Shown in pieces: positions 19,075 to 29,759 of a DNA stretch of 64,000 bases (positions are counted from its first letter, which is position 1; every line of letters begins with the position of its first letter). Under the pieces are notes generated by a model. It was given only the letters and a program-made list of their open reading frames with translations. It was not told the DNA's origin and searched no databases. Source of the stretch: Acidimicrobiales bacterium. GTDB taxonomy: Bacteria > Actinomycetota > Acidimicrobiia > Acidimicrobiales > JBBRKR01. The stretch spans positions 104,544 to 168,543 of the forward strand of contig JBBRKR010000007.1 in NCBI GenBank assembly GCA_038231795.1. The letters are read 5' to 3'. A program made the position numbers and the translations under genes.

Positions 19075-20183
19075 GGGCGAATAGTGATCACACGGCTGGT
19101 GAAACGATCGAGCACATCGGGCAGCGGAACCCGACCAATACCGGGGCCGACAGGTACTCGCAGATGCCCCTCCTCGAGCACGAATTTCTCGGTGAGGTCC
19201 TGGTGAAAATATCGATCGCTGGCCGACAAATCGCCCGGCAATGTAAAGCCCGGCAACGACGCCAACGCCACGTTGGCCGCACGACCGATGCCGGTCTCCA
19301 ACATGCCTCCGTGCCACAACGGAATCCCCTCGGCCACGCATCGATCATGAATGCGTTTTGACGCCATCCACCCACCAATCCTGCCGGGCTTAATGTTCAC
19401 GATGTCGACGGCGCCAAGGGCCAGTGCTGTTTCCAAAATCTGCAACGACTCAATCGATTCGTCGAGGCACACCGGCGTGCTGCTCGCCTTGCGCAACTCG
19501 GCGTGGGTCACGAGATCGTCCTTCTCGAACGGTTGCTCGATAAGCAAAAGGTCGAACTCGTCGAATTGGCAAAGGTGCGCGATGTCGGCACGCGTATATG
19601 CACAATTGGCGTCAACTTGGAGCCGGACCTTGCCGCCTACCAGAGCATGCACTGCTCGTACATGTTCGATGTCGTTACCCGGCTCAACCTTCAACTTGAT
19701 GCGCGAATAGCCATCTTCGACGTATCCGGAAACAGTGGCCAGGAGCGCATCAATAGTGTCGTGAATGCCTACCGACACGCCAGTTTCAACCCGGTCCCGG
19801 GTGCCGCCCAGGAACTCGCTCAGCGACTGACCGGCGGCCCGCGTCTGGGCGTCGAGCACAGCACTTTCGACGCACGCTTTCGACATCCGATGTCCATCGA
19901 TTGGTTTGAGAATCTGCTCCACGGTGTAACCATCAATCGCGCCGGCGCCGGCCGCTAGGAACATGGGGATGATGTGCTTTTCAAGCACATCCCAGGAGCC
20001 ATTGGCATACTCGGAGCAATACAACGGCTCGCTGCCCGACACACACTCGCCCCACCCTTCTGCCTCATCGGCAATCACTCGCACCAGTACCGCATCCCGG
20101 TCCGGCTCTACACCAAATGATGTACGAAATGGCGTTTTTAAGGGAACGCTGACATGGCGAAGTTCGATGGCCTGAATTTTCAC
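19071..20183 (-). CDS. menC: o-succinylbenzoate synthase / N-succinylamino acid racemase (enolase superfamily)
   Basis: RIKLKV, VDAN, IEQP, CLDES, NIKPGRIGG, GGMLETGIGRA, PGDLSASDRY typical of the NSAR/OSBS subfamily; start GTG 20183. Confidence 0.88.
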   Translation of the reverse strand: MKIQAIELRHVSVPLKTPFRTSFGVEPDRDAVLVRVIADEAEGWGECVSGSEPLYCSEYANGSWDVLEKHIIPMFLAAGAGAIDGYTVEQILKPIDGHRMSKACVESAVLDAQTRAAGQSLSEFLGGTRDRVETGVSVGIHDTIDALLATVSGYVEDGYSRIKLKVEPGNDIEHVRAVHALVGGKVRLQVDANCAYTRADIAHLCQFDEFDLLLIEQPFEKDDLVTHAELRKASSTPVCLDESIESLQILETALALGAVDIVNIKPGRIGGWMASKRIHDRCVAEGIPLWHGGMLETGIGRAANVALASLPGFTLPGDLSASDRYFHQDLTEKFVLEEGHLRVPVGPGIGRVPLPDVLDRFTSRVITIRP

Positions 20184-20236
20184 TTCCCCATCGTGCCAGA
20201 CACACCGAACCCACCCCGCTGCCGTGCTAAAACCGG

Positions 20237-22687
20237 GTGATGTCTGACCAACCAACCTCAGCCAAGGCCGTCATTATCGGGGGAGGCATTGTGGGCTGTT
20301 CCACGGCCTATCACCTCGCCCGGCTGGGCTGGACCGACACCGTGCTCATCGAACGCCACAAGCTCACGTCTGGCTCCACGTTCCACGCCGCAGGTCTCGT
20401 GGGCCAATTGCGATCAAGCGCCAACATCACCCAGCTACTCGGCTACTCCGTGGACCTCTACAAAAAACTAGAAGCCGAAACCGGCCTTGGCACCGGATGG
20501 AAAATGAATGGCGGGCTTCGCCTTGCCTGTAACGACGAACGGTGGAGCGAAGTCAAACGGCAAGCCACCACCGCAAAATCCTTTGGCCTGGAAATGCATT
20601 TACTGTCGCCAAAGGAAGCTCAAGATCTGTGGCCACTCATGCAAGTCGATGATGTGATTGGCGCCGCGTTTTTGCCGACCGACGGGCAGGCCAGCCCGTC
20701 TGACATCACGATGGCATTGGCCAAAGGAGCCCGTGATGCAGGCGCACGAATCTTGGAAGACACAGATGTGTTGACTATCAACGTGGTCGACGGCGTGATC
20801 AAGGGCGTCACCACGAATCACGGGTATATCGAATGCGGGATCGTGATCTGCTGTGCGGGGCAATGGACTCGGGCGTTGGCGGCCACGGTGGGGGTCAATG
20901 TACCGCTGGTGTCGGTCGAACATCAGTACATCATCACGTCGCAGATCGAGGGCGTGACCCGAGATTTGCCGACGCTGCGCGACCCCGACCGCCTCACCTA
21001 CTACAAAGAAGAAGTCGGCGCATTGGTGATGGGGGGCTACGAACCGAATCCCATTCCGTGGGCTGTGGGCGGCATTCCCGAGGGCTTCAATTTCAAGCTT
21101 CTGAAATCTGACTACGACCATTTCAATCCCATCATGGAACTGGCTATGGCGCGAGTTCCAGCCCTACAGACGGCTGGCGTAAACGAGTTGGTGAACGGTC
21201 CCGAGAGCTTCACTCCAGACGGCAATTTCATTCTCGGCGAGGCACCCGAATTGGCAAACTTTTTTGTGGGCGCGGGATTCAACGCATTTGGTATCGCGGC
21301 CGGGGGCGGAGCTGGCATGGCGTTAGCCGAATGGGTGCAACAAGGCGTGGCGCCGTACGACTTGTGGAACGTGGATATTCGGCGATTCGGGCGTCCACAT
21401 CGCGACACCGAATGGGTGCGCACTCGCACGCTTGAGGCATACGGCAAGCACTACACAATGGCGTGGCCACACGAGGAGCACGACAGTGGCCGGCCGTGTC
21501 GTACATCGCCTCTGTACTCACGACTCTCTGCGGCCGGAGCGTGCTTCGGCGAGAAGCTCGGGTGGGAGCGGCCTAACTGGTTTGCGTCTGCTGCACACGG
21601 CGAAACCCCCCACGATGTGTATAGCTACGGTCGCCAAAACTGGTTCGATGCCGTCGGCCGCGAACACAAAGCCATCCGCGAAGTAGCCGGCCTCATCGAC
21701 CAAACATCGTTCGCCAAATTCATCCTCAAAGGCACCGATGCATTGGCTGCGCTCAATGTGATCTGCGCCAACAATGTCGACAAGCCAGTGGGTTCACTCA
21801 CCTACACCCAAATGCTCGACAATCGGGGCGGGATTCAGTGCGACCTCACAGTGTGCCGCACGGCCGTCAACGAGTTTTACATCGTGACTGGGACCGGATT
21901 CGCCACCCACGATTTCGACTGGATCCAACGGTCGATTCCCGCTGGAATGAATGCGGTGCTCGTAGATGTGACGTCGGCGTACAGCGTGCTGGCGTTGATG
22001 GGCCCACGGTCGCGAGACATTCTGGGCGCAGTCACCACCTCTGCGCTGAGCAACGAATCCTTCCCCTTCGGCACCATGCAGACAATCGGCATTGCCGGTT
22101 GCCCGGTAATGTCCCTACGGGTCACGTACGTGGGTGAGTTGGGCTGGGAGTTGCATGTGCCTGTGGAATACGCCACTGGGGTGTACGACGCCCTCATGGC
22201 CGCTGGCGCACCGTTTGGATTAGCGAACGCTGGCTACCGGGCGATCGAAAGTTGCCGGCTCGAAAAGGGGTACCGAGCATGGGGCAGCGACATTGGGCCT
22301 GACCACACCCCTCACGAATCGGGTTTGGGGTGGGCCACAAAATTGCGCACCGCCATACAATTCACAGGCCGGGCGGCCGTTGAAAATCAGGCCGCCAACG
22401 GCGTGCGAAAGATGCTGGCGTGCTTCACAGTCGACCCTGCAGTGGTGTTGCTCGGGCGGGAGACGATCTTCCGCAACGGCGAGCGAGTGGGCTGGCTCAC
22501 CAGCGGTGGCTACGGCTACACGGTTGGCAAGTCGATTGGCTATGGGTACATACGCAATGCCAATGGAGTTGACGAGCGATACGTCACAAACGGATCGTAC
22601 GAGCTTGAAGTGGCCGGCGAACGGGTACCCGCCGCCGTGTCACTCAAGCCGTTGTACGATCCGTTGATGAGTCGAACGAAGAGTTAG
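20237..22687 (+). CDS. FAD-dependent oxidoreductase with GcvT-like folate-binding domain (dimethylglycine/sarcosine dehydrogenase family)
   Basis: IIGGGIVG, TSGSTFHAAG, NGPESFTPDG, GELGWEL, RLEKGY. Confidence 0.92.
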   Translation: MMSDQPTSAKAVIIGGGIVGCSTAYHLARLGWTDTVLIERHKLTSGSTFHAAGLVGQLRSSANITQLLGYSVDLYKKLEAETGLGTGWKMNGGLRLACNDERWSEVKRQATTAKSFGLEMHLLSPKEAQDLWPLMQVDDVIGAAFLPTDGQASPSDITMALAKGARDAGARILEDTDVLTINVVDGVIKGVTTNHGYIECGIVICCAGQWTRALAATVGVNVPLVSVEHQYIITSQIEGVTRDLPTLRDPDRLTYYKEEVGALVMGGYEPNPIPWAVGGIPEGFNFKLLKSDYDHFNPIMELAMARVPALQTAGVNELVNGPESFTPDGNFILGEAPELANFFVGAGFNAFGIAAGGGAGMALAEWVQQGVAPYDLWNVDIRRFGRPHRDTEWVRTRTLEAYGKHYTMAWPHEEHDSGRPCRTSPLYSRLSAAGACFGEKLGWERPNWFASAAHGETPHDVYSYGRQNWFDAVGREHKAIREVAGLIDQTSFAKFILKGTDALAALNVICANNVDKPVGSLTYTQMLDNRGGIQCDLTVCRTAVNEFYIVTGTGFATHDFDWIQRSIPAGMNAVLVDVTSAYSVLALMGPRSRDILGAVTTSALSNESFPFGTMQTIGIAGCPVMSLRVTYVGELGWELHVPVEYATGVYDALMAAGAPFGLANAGYRAIESCRLEKGYRAWGSDIGPDHTPHESGLGWATKLRTAIQFTGRAAVENQAANGVRKMLACFTVDPAVVLLGRETIFRNGERVGWLTSGGYGYTVGKSIGYGYIRNANGVDERYVTNGSYELEVAGERVPAAVSLKPLYDPLMSRTKS

Positions 22688-22806
22688 CTCCCCGTAGCTT
22701 TTGATAGCTGTTGCTGATCGTTTCTTCAAACTCATTACCCAACTGTTCCGAGGCAAAATTCGCCTGTTAGCGGCCGATGTGACACCCAGTTTCTACACTG
22801 CCATGC

Positions 22807-23976
22807 ATGCGGATTTTGCACACGAGCGACTGGCACATTGGCCGCTCCATGGGCGAGTTCTCGCTTCTCGATCAGCAAGCCGAGTTTTTCGATTGGCTCA
22901 TTGGTGCCGTAGCCACCGAACGCATCGATCTCGTCGTTGTGGCTGGCGACATTTTTGATCGCACCAATCCAAGCGTGGAGGCCACAGAACTGTGGAGCTC
23001 CACACTTCGCCGGATCACTGCGATCGGGGTGTGCGTCGCCGCGATTTCCGGCAACCACGATGAAGCGATTCGAATCGATGCCTTCTCCGAAATCACCGAC
23101 AAATCGGGGGTGTTCATGCGCGGTGGGTTTCGGTCGGCCGGGCAAGTCACTCGCGTCGATTTGACGGCGGGGTCGATCGATTTAGTGCTTCTGCCCTATA
23201 TGGCGCCGACGCGCGTGAGCACGTCATTGACGGAGTCCATCGAAGCCGCAGAAATCGGCAACCGAGTGACTCACCAGTCGGTGCTGAAATATTTTGCCGA
23301 CATCGCCCGACTATCGCTATCGGGAGCCCGTCCATCGCTGGCGGTGGCACACGCCTTTGTGCGAGGAGGATTGCCTTCTGAATCTGAACGCGAACTCTCG
23401 ATAGGTGGAGTCGACCTTGTCGACGCCGCCATCTTCGACGGGTTCGACTACGTGGCGTTGGGCCACCTGCATCGGCCCCAAATCGTCGGCGGTCGGGAGT
23501 TACTGCGGTACTCCGGGTCTCCGCTCCCCTATTCGTTTTCTGAGACGCATGCAAAGTCGGTTGCAGTCGTTGAATTCGAGAACGGCGTCACAACGGTGGA
23601 GGCAATCGAGATTCATCCTGGCCGGCGGGTGACCACCATTGAGGCACCGTTCGAAGCCGTGATGACGTCGCCCGAATACTCCGGTGCTGTTGATTCGTGG
23701 ACGCGGGTTGTGCTCACCGACGCCATTCCCATGCTCGATAGCCATCGACGGATTCGAGAACGATTCCCTTTCTTAGTGGAGTTGAGCCGATCACCAGTTG
23801 CCCAATCTGAAAGCTCCACCTCCCGACTCACCAGCGAGCGCGCTCGGAGCACACAAGCCGTCGACGTTCTCGAGATGTTTTGGGCCGACGTCACCCAGAC
23901 TCCATACGACGACACCGTGCGCAATCTCGTGGCTACATCGCTTTTGCAACTTCAAGAAGATAGTGACGACCAATGA
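22807..23976 (+). CDS. sbcD: Exonuclease SbcCD subunit D
   Basis: LHTSDWHIG, AGDIFD, SGNHD, ALGHLH, YSGSPLPYSFSE. Confidence 0.95.
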   Translation: MRILHTSDWHIGRSMGEFSLLDQQAEFFDWLIGAVATERIDLVVVAGDIFDRTNPSVEATELWSSTLRRITAIGVCVAAISGNHDEAIRIDAFSEITDKSGVFMRGGFRSAGQVTRVDLTAGSIDLVLLPYMAPTRVSTSLTESIEAAEIGNRVTHQSVLKYFADIARLSLSGARPSLAVAHAFVRGGLPSESERELSIGGVDLVDAAIFDGFDYVALGHLHRPQIVGGRELLRYSGSPLPYSFSETHAKSVAVVEFENGVTTVEAIEIHPGRRVTTIEAPFEAVMTSPEYSGAVDSWTRVVLTDAIPMLDSHRRIRERFPFLVELSRSPVAQSESSTSRLTSERARSTQAVDVLEMFWADVTQTPYDDTVRNLVATSLLQLQEDSDDQ

Positions 23977-26900
23977 ATCCACTGTCGCTCACCATGGGCG
24001 CGTATGGCCCATTTGCCGACGAGCAGTCAGTTGATTTTCGGGCACTTGCCGATCATCAAATTTTCCTGATCTGGGGACCGACGGGCTCTGGAAAGACCAG
24101 CATGTTTGATGCCATGACGTACGCCCTCTACGGCAAGCTTCCCGGCAATCGGAGTGCGGTAACAGAGTTGAGAAGCGATCATGCTCAAGCATCCAAGGTC
24201 ACCTTCGTGAGCTTTGAATTCGATTCGCCAGCCGGGCAGTTCCGAGTGACCCGAAAGCCCAAACAACTTCGCCCCTCGGCTCGCGGCACAGGCTTCACGG
24301 AAGATGGAGCCAAGGCAATACTTGAGCGCTTCAACGGCAGCTCCTATGAGCCAATCGCTGACCGGCCGCCTGACGTGACCAAGCGATGCGAGGACATCGT
24401 AGGACTCAACGCCCACCAGTTTCAGCGAGTGGTGCTGTTGCCGCAGGGCCAATTTCAACGCGTACTTTTGGCCGACACCACCGAACGAAAGGAATTGCTG
24501 CGGACGTTATTCGACACCGCCATGTACCAACGCCTCGAAGATCATCTCAAAGCACAATCGGTTGTAGTCGGCGAGCGGATTCGGGCCGACCAGGCCGTCC
24601 GTGAACGGCTCACTGAGCAGGTCCATAACGATCACCAGCTTTTCTTCGCCGCAGCCAGCCACGCCCTAGGTCGTGTGGTTTCTCTCGATGAGAAAGACGA
24701 AGCCGTCGTCGAGCTGGAACGGAGCGCAGCTCACTTTCGCGACGGCGAACGCGTCGCTCGGGCGCAACTCGTACGAGCCGAGTCGATCGCCAGCGACATT
24801 GCCACGCTGATCGATCGACGAAGACAACTCGCTCAATATGAACTCGAGGCGCCCGCTCGCACCGCGGAACAAGTCGCGCTGGATCGTGCCCAATTGGCAG
24901 TGCCGCTCATGCACGCCGCTCAGCAGTGCGACGCAATCAGCGATGCGGTCGCAACGTTGGGTATCTCAGCGGAGCACATGGCCGCCGAGTTGCAGTCAAC
25001 AGTGGTAGCTGTCGACGTAACTCACTTCGATTTGGAGACTCCGTTAGATTCGTGGCTGAGCGACCTCGTTGTCGCGTTGCGAGCCCGGCAGGCCGAACTC
25101 AACACGATCGCTGAAATTCGACGTTCTATGAGCGGCATCGATGTTCGCCTGACCAATATCGGAAATCTTCGTGTTCAGCTCGGCACTCAGCGTGCTTCGA
25201 CAGAAGCCGATCTCTCCCGAACTCGCGCAGAGTTGGTGGCGGTTCAATCGAAAGTTGCGTCATACTCATCGGAACTATCGGAACTGGTTCTGGCCCCGCA
25301 GCAATTGGAGGTGTTCACCGAACTTGTTGCGCTCCATATCGAGTTGCAATCCGTCTCGGATGGCTCGACTGCGTTGGGCAGGGCCGTTGAAGTGAACAGC
25401 CAAATGGTGGCCGAATTCGAAGCACAACTTGCACTTCTTGAAGCACAGCTCGATGCCGAGCTCAATGTTGCCAATGAACGTCAAACGGCGCTCGCACGTA
25501 TCGCCGACATCACAAGGCTGAGCGAAATACGCGACCGGTTTGAGACACTCACCGAAGATTTAGTGAGATACACAACCGAGCTTGAGACAGCGCGGAATCG
25601 TTCGACTGAAGTGCTCCGCGCATACATGACGGTGAGTGCTCCACGCCTCGCGGCAGAGTTGGTCGACGGCCAACCATGTTCGGTGTGCGGCTCACTCGAC
25701 CACCCCAATCCGGCACAAGCTTCCGGTGCGATCACCGCCGACCTCGCCCACGTCGACGCAGCCAACGCCTCGGCAGCTCATGCCCAAGAACTCGTCACCC
25801 AATGCATCACCTCGCTGGGCGAGCTCGACAAGCAACACACCGATGTGGCTTTGATCGATCGCATCGAGTTTGATCGAGCACTCAGCGAAGCACATGCAGC
25901 ACTGGCCAAAATCACCGAATCTGAGCTGGCAACTGTTGCCTGCCGTACCAAGATCATGGCCACCGAATCATCTCTGGCCGCCGCGAAACTCGACGCTCAG
26001 CGCCTGCACGGCCAAGTTGTAGTTGCCAACAACGAGACCATCCGCCTACGAGCACTCCTAGGCAATTGGGCTATGGCAACCCCAGCTGCTGTCCGAGCTC
26101 ACTTTGGCGATTTGAACGCCGCCGAGCATCGGCGCCAAGCGATCGAGACGCAATTCACCACTCAGTCTGCGTTGGTCGTCCAAACGGAGCAATACATTGC
26201 GCGCCTCGAAGGAGTAACCACCGCTCAGCTACTCGACCAACGCCAACTCGACGCACAGCTCAGCGCGGCATCCGACGAACGTCGACGATTGGAGACCGAT
26301 CTCGGCTCCGCAAATCACGAGGTCGACGTCGACGCCGAACTTGTCGCGTTGGCTTCGTCGATCCAAACGGCAGCTCGCCTACACGACACCCAACTGCGGC
26401 TCGATGAAAAGGTGAGTCAATCCAGCGAAGCTATAGCTCGATTCGAAGTTGACCTAACGGCCTCGCCATTTGTCAGCAGAGTCGACCTTGAAGCGAGCGT
26501 CATCGAACAGTCGCAACTCGCTTCGCGAACAGGCGCAGCCGAAATTTGGACTCAGGCCCACAACCGATGCCGGATCGAAGTCGAAGTTCTCGCGGCCAAG
26601 GGACTCCCCGGTGATCTGCCCGACACTGCTCACCTGGTCTCTGAAGTCGAACGCATAACCGCGCTCGTTGACGTCGCAAATCAACACCAGCGTGCGGTGC
26701 TTGGCGCAATCGAATCGATGTCAGTAGCACAGACCAATCTCGCCGCCCATGAGGCCGCTGCCACGGAGGCGCTCGAACAGGCCCGCCATATTTCGGCTGT
26801 TGCTGAGATCTGCATTGGCAAGAACGATGCCAAGGCATCCATCGAGTCGTGGGTGTTGAGCGCCTACCTCGCTGACGTTGTCGTACACGCCAACCATCAC

Positions 26901-27347
26901 CTGTTTACGATGAGCTACGGGCGATACCAGTTGGTGCTCACGTCCGATGTGGCCGATCGTCGTCGCCAGTCCGGACTCGATCTTGTTGTGCTTGACGAAC
27001 ACACCGGTGCGCAACGACCAGTGAACACATTGTCGGGCGGAGAGACTTTTCAGGCGTCGTTGGCGCTGGCCCTGGGGCTCGCCGACATCGTGGCCGGAGT
27101 CGGCGGAAAACATATCGATGCTCTGTTTATCGACGAAGGTTTCGGATCCCTCGATGCCGATGCTCTGCAACAGACCATTGATGTACTGACACACCTGGGA
27201 GGCCACGGCGCCATGGTGGGCGTGATCACCCATGTGCCCGCCATGCGTGACCAAATTCCGGTAGGCATCGAAATTCGGCCCGGCCGGAACCGGCGCGGTT
27301 CACACATTGTGCAATTGAACAATTCTGTCCCCCAGCACGTTGAGTAA
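23973..27347 (+). CDS. sbcC: Exonuclease SbcCD subunit C (SMC-like ATPase)
   Basis: GPTGSGKT, LPQGQF, CSVC zinc hook, LSGGE, FIDEGFGSLD, long coiled coils. Confidence 0.95.
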   Translation: MNPLSLTMGAYGPFADEQSVDFRALADHQIFLIWGPTGSGKTSMFDAMTYALYGKLPGNRSAVTELRSDHAQASKVTFVSFEFDSPAGQFRVTRKPKQLRPSARGTGFTEDGAKAILERFNGSSYEPIADRPPDVTKRCEDIVGLNAHQFQRVVLLPQGQFQRVLLADTTERKELLRTLFDTAMYQRLEDHLKAQSVVVGERIRADQAVRERLTEQVHNDHQLFFAAASHALGRVVSLDEKDEAVVELERSAAHFRDGERVARAQLVRAESIASDIATLIDRRRQLAQYELEAPARTAEQVALDRAQLAVPLMHAAQQCDAISDAVATLGISAEHMAAELQSTVVAVDVTHFDLETPLDSWLSDLVVALRARQAELNTIAEIRRSMSGIDVRLTNIGNLRVQLGTQRASTEADLSRTRAELVAVQSKVASYSSELSELVLAPQQLEVFTELVALHIELQSVSDGSTALGRAVEVNSQMVAEFEAQLALLEAQLDAELNVANERQTALARIADITRLSEIRDRFETLTEDLVRYTTELETARNRSTEVLRAYMTVSAPRLAAELVDGQPCSVCGSLDHPNPAQASGAITADLAHVDAANASAAHAQELVTQCITSLGELDKQHTDVALIDRIEFDRALSEAHAALAKITESELATVACRTKIMATESSLAAAKLDAQRLHGQVVVANNETIRLRALLGNWAMATPAAVRAHFGDLNAAEHRRQAIETQFTTQSALVVQTEQYIARLEGVTTAQLLDQRQLDAQLSAASDERRRLETDLGSANHEVDVDAELVALASSIQTAARLHDTQLRLDEKVSQSSEAIARFEVDLTASPFVSRVDLEASVIEQSQLASRTGAAEIWTQAHNRCRIEVEVLAAKGLPGDLPDTAHLVSEVERITALVDVANQHQRAVLGAIESMSVAQTNLAAHEAAATEALEQARHISAVAEICIGKNDAKASIESWVLSAYLADVVVHANHHLFTMSYGRYQLVLTSDVADRRRQSGLDLVVLDEHTGAQRPVNTLSGGETFQASLALALGLADIVAGVGGKHIDALFIDEGFGSLDADALQQTIDVLTHLGGHGAMVGVITHVPAMRDQIPVGIEIRPGRNRRGSHIVQLNNSVPQHVE

Positions 27348-27427
27348 TGGGTACTCACGACTGTGGTCGCGATGCAGTCGATAGTGGAAACGTCGACAAT
27401 CGGCGAACCCACATCCGGAGGATCATG

Positions 27428-27832
27428 ATGACCGAAGTACTCACAGAGCAGGCCTGGCTCCTGCAAAACAAGATCAATCCATTTCCCGTCGGCGGCGCTC
27501 TCCGCCTCGAAGGGGGCACCATCACGTTCGTGTTGAGCACAATCGCCTCTCACGCCGTTTTGGGTTGGGTCGAAAAACGAGCCGGGCTCGCAAATCTTGG
27601 CGACCGTTTGAAGGCAGGCGAGACGATCGAACTCTTCCGATTCACGAAGGACGAATTCGTTGTCAATTGGCCAAAAATGTATGCCGGATCAGCATGCGAA
27701 ATCACTGGACCTCAAGGCGCTCCGTGGGTCATTGCACTCGACTACCCAAGCGGCGGCTCCATCTCCCAAACCATCAGCCTCTTCACGGGCCGCAAGAAGG
27801 GCAAGCTCTGGAAAGCGGCCTTGGCTAGCTAA
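27428..27832 (+). CDS. Hypothetical protein
   Basis: GGAGGA RBS before ATG ATG (27425/27428); protein-like composition. Confidence 0.65.
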   Translation: MTEVLTEQAWLLQNKINPFPVGGALRLEGGTITFVLSTIASHAVLGWVEKRAGLANLGDRLKAGETIELFRFTKDEFVVNWPKMYAGSACEITGPQGAPWVIALDYPSGGSISQTISLFTGRKKGKLWKAALAS

Positions 27833-27886
27833 CTATCGCGGATGAAAACGTGGCTGATCGCTTGACGCGATTGGCGCGTTTGGGGC

Positions 27887-28894
27887 GTGGCGCGAAAAGA
27901 TGCGCCAATGCTTACTTTGGTCTGTCGCGAATATGGCCCGCTCGACAATTTACGGTTCGAAGACGTGCCTCCCACACCGTGCCGCGATCACGAGGCGAGA
28001 GTCACCATTTCGGCCGCCGGCGTGAATTTCGTAGATGGCCTGACGCTTCAGGGCCTCTATCAAATAAAGCCACCTCTGCCGTTCTATCCAGGTAGCGAGG
28101 CATCGGGCGTGGTTTCCGAAATTGGCAGCGCAGTCACCAACGTGAAGGTAGGCGACCGAGTCATCACCATGGCGCCGGGTTGCTTCGCACAGGAAGTAGT
28201 CGTGGCCGCTGCCCGACTCATAGCGACACCGCCGCAACTCACAGACGGCCAAGCCGCAACCTTTTTCCAAAGCTACGCCACAGCATGGTTCGCCCTCCAT
28301 CAACGCGCCAACGTCCGCGCCGGGCAATCCGTCTTGGTGTTGGGGGCAGGAAGCGGAGTGGGTCTGGCAGCAGTCGATGTGGCCACAGCCGCCGGGCTCA
28401 CCGTCATCGCTGCTGCGTCGAGCGATGAGAAATGTCAAGCCGCCGCTGCCGCCGGAGCCATCGCCACGGTCAACACCACAACTGGCAACGTGAAAGAGGA
28501 AGCGAAAGCATTCTCGGCCGGCGGGGTCGATTATGTCTACGACCCGGTGGGCGGTGAACTCGCCGAACAGGGTTTGCGAAGCCTTCGGGACGACGGCCAA
28601 TTTATCGTGATCGGTTTCGCGGCAGGAGCCATCCCCATGCTGCCTGCCAATCAGATCCTGTTGCGCAACCGACGGGTCACCGGTGTCGACTTCGGAGGAT
28701 GGATTTCGAAACACCCCGAAGACTTGACGGTCACGATGGCAGGCATCATGGACGGAATTGCCTCTGGCGCCCTGAACCCGGTCGAGCCCATTGCCTACCC
28801 GATGACCGAGGCAGTGCAGGCGTTGAAAGACCTCCGAGACCGCAAGATCGTGGGGAAATTGGCGCTGATGAACAACGCAGCACACCAAATGTAA
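27887..28894 (+). CDS. NADPH:quinone oxidoreductase (MDR family)
   Basis: AAGVNFVD, PGSEASG, VLGAGSGVG, YDPVGG, IGFAAG; start may be ~21 nt downstream. Confidence 0.9.
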   Translation: MARKDAPMLTLVCREYGPLDNLRFEDVPPTPCRDHEARVTISAAGVNFVDGLTLQGLYQIKPPLPFYPGSEASGVVSEIGSAVTNVKVGDRVITMAPGCFAQEVVVAAARLIATPPQLTDGQAATFFQSYATAWFALHQRANVRAGQSVLVLGAGSGVGLAAVDVATAAGLTVIAAASSDEKCQAAAAAGAIATVNTTTGNVKEEAKAFSAGGVDYVYDPVGGELAEQGLRSLRDDGQFIVIGFAAGAIPMLPANQILLRNRRVTGVDFGGWISKHPEDLTVTMAGIMDGIASGALNPVEPIAYPMTEAVQALKDLRDRKIVGKLALMNNAAHQM

Positions 28895-28918
28895 GTTCTG
28901 GGTGAGCGTGGCAGGCTC

Positions 28919-28935
28919 TCTGAGCGAATTCTGAG
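28919..28935 (+). promoter_or_regulatory. Candidate OmpR/MprA-type direct-repeat operator
   Basis: TCTGAG-N5-TCTGAG 22 nt upstream of the lipoprotein-MacAB operon. Confidence 0.35.
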
Positions 28936-28957
28936 GAAGCCATGATTAAGTGCCTGT

Positions 28958-29755
28958 ATGCACACAACTCCCTCGCACGTTTCGCGTCGACTTCTCCTTT
29001 CCGCAACAGTCCTGGCACTCGGTCTGTCGGCATGCGGAAGCTCGTCGAGCACCTCGCCGGTGGCCAACAACAGCACCGTTGGCTCAACTGTTGCTGGCGC
29101 GGCGGATGGGAATGGTGTGAGCGGCAACGTCGACCAGACCGCTCGGCGAGCAGCGACGCAGGCCTTCCGCGATTGCATGGCAACCAACGGAGTGACGCTG
29201 CCACAACGTCAGCGGCCAAACCAGAATCCCCAAAGCGACAATGCGTCGGGGTCGACTACCACTTCCGCCGGTGGATCCAATGACGGCAGTGGAGACAACG
29301 GCGGCCAACCTCCTTTTGACCCCAATGGTCCACCGCCTGTTGGAGGAAACAACGCAAGCCCGGGTGGGTTCCAACTCGGCGGTGCCACAGCGCCAACGGG
29401 AATTGACCAAGCGGTATACACCAAGGCTTTGGCAGCATGTAAGGACAAGATTCCGGCCGGTGGGTTCGGCCGTGGCAACGGTGGCGGTGGGCGCAACAAC
29501 AATCCCGTTTACGTGGCGTGTATGAAAGACAACGGAATCGTGATCCCCGTTCGCCCCTCCTCGACTACAACCGCCGTCGGCGCGACAACCTCGTCGACCG
29601 ACTCCACCACCATCTCGAGCCAACCAAGACTCGATCGCACTAGCCCGGCATACAAAGCGGCCAACGACAAATGCAAGGCGCTCCTCCCGGCCAATCAACA
29701 AGGTGGAAACCAACAAGATCCCAACGCCTCAACAACGACGACGACAAGCGCCTAG
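28958..29755 (+). CDS. Lipoprotein with two Cys-paired helical repeats
   Basis: Lipobox LSAC; FRDCMATNGV..ALAACKD and YVACMKDNGI..NDKCKALLP; low-complexity linkers. Confidence 0.8.
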   Translation: MHTTPSHVSRRLLLSATVLALGLSACGSSSSTSPVANNSTVGSTVAGAADGNGVSGNVDQTARRAATQAFRDCMATNGVTLPQRQRPNQNPQSDNASGSTTTSAGGSNDGSGDNGGQPPFDPNGPPPVGGNNASPGGFQLGGATAPTGIDQAVYTKALAACKDKIPAGGFGRGNGGGGRNNNPVYVACMKDNGIVIPVRPSSTTTAVGATTSSTDSTTISSQPRLDRTSPAYKAANDKCKALLPANQQGGNQQDPNASTTTTTSA

Positions 29756-29759
29756 ACCG

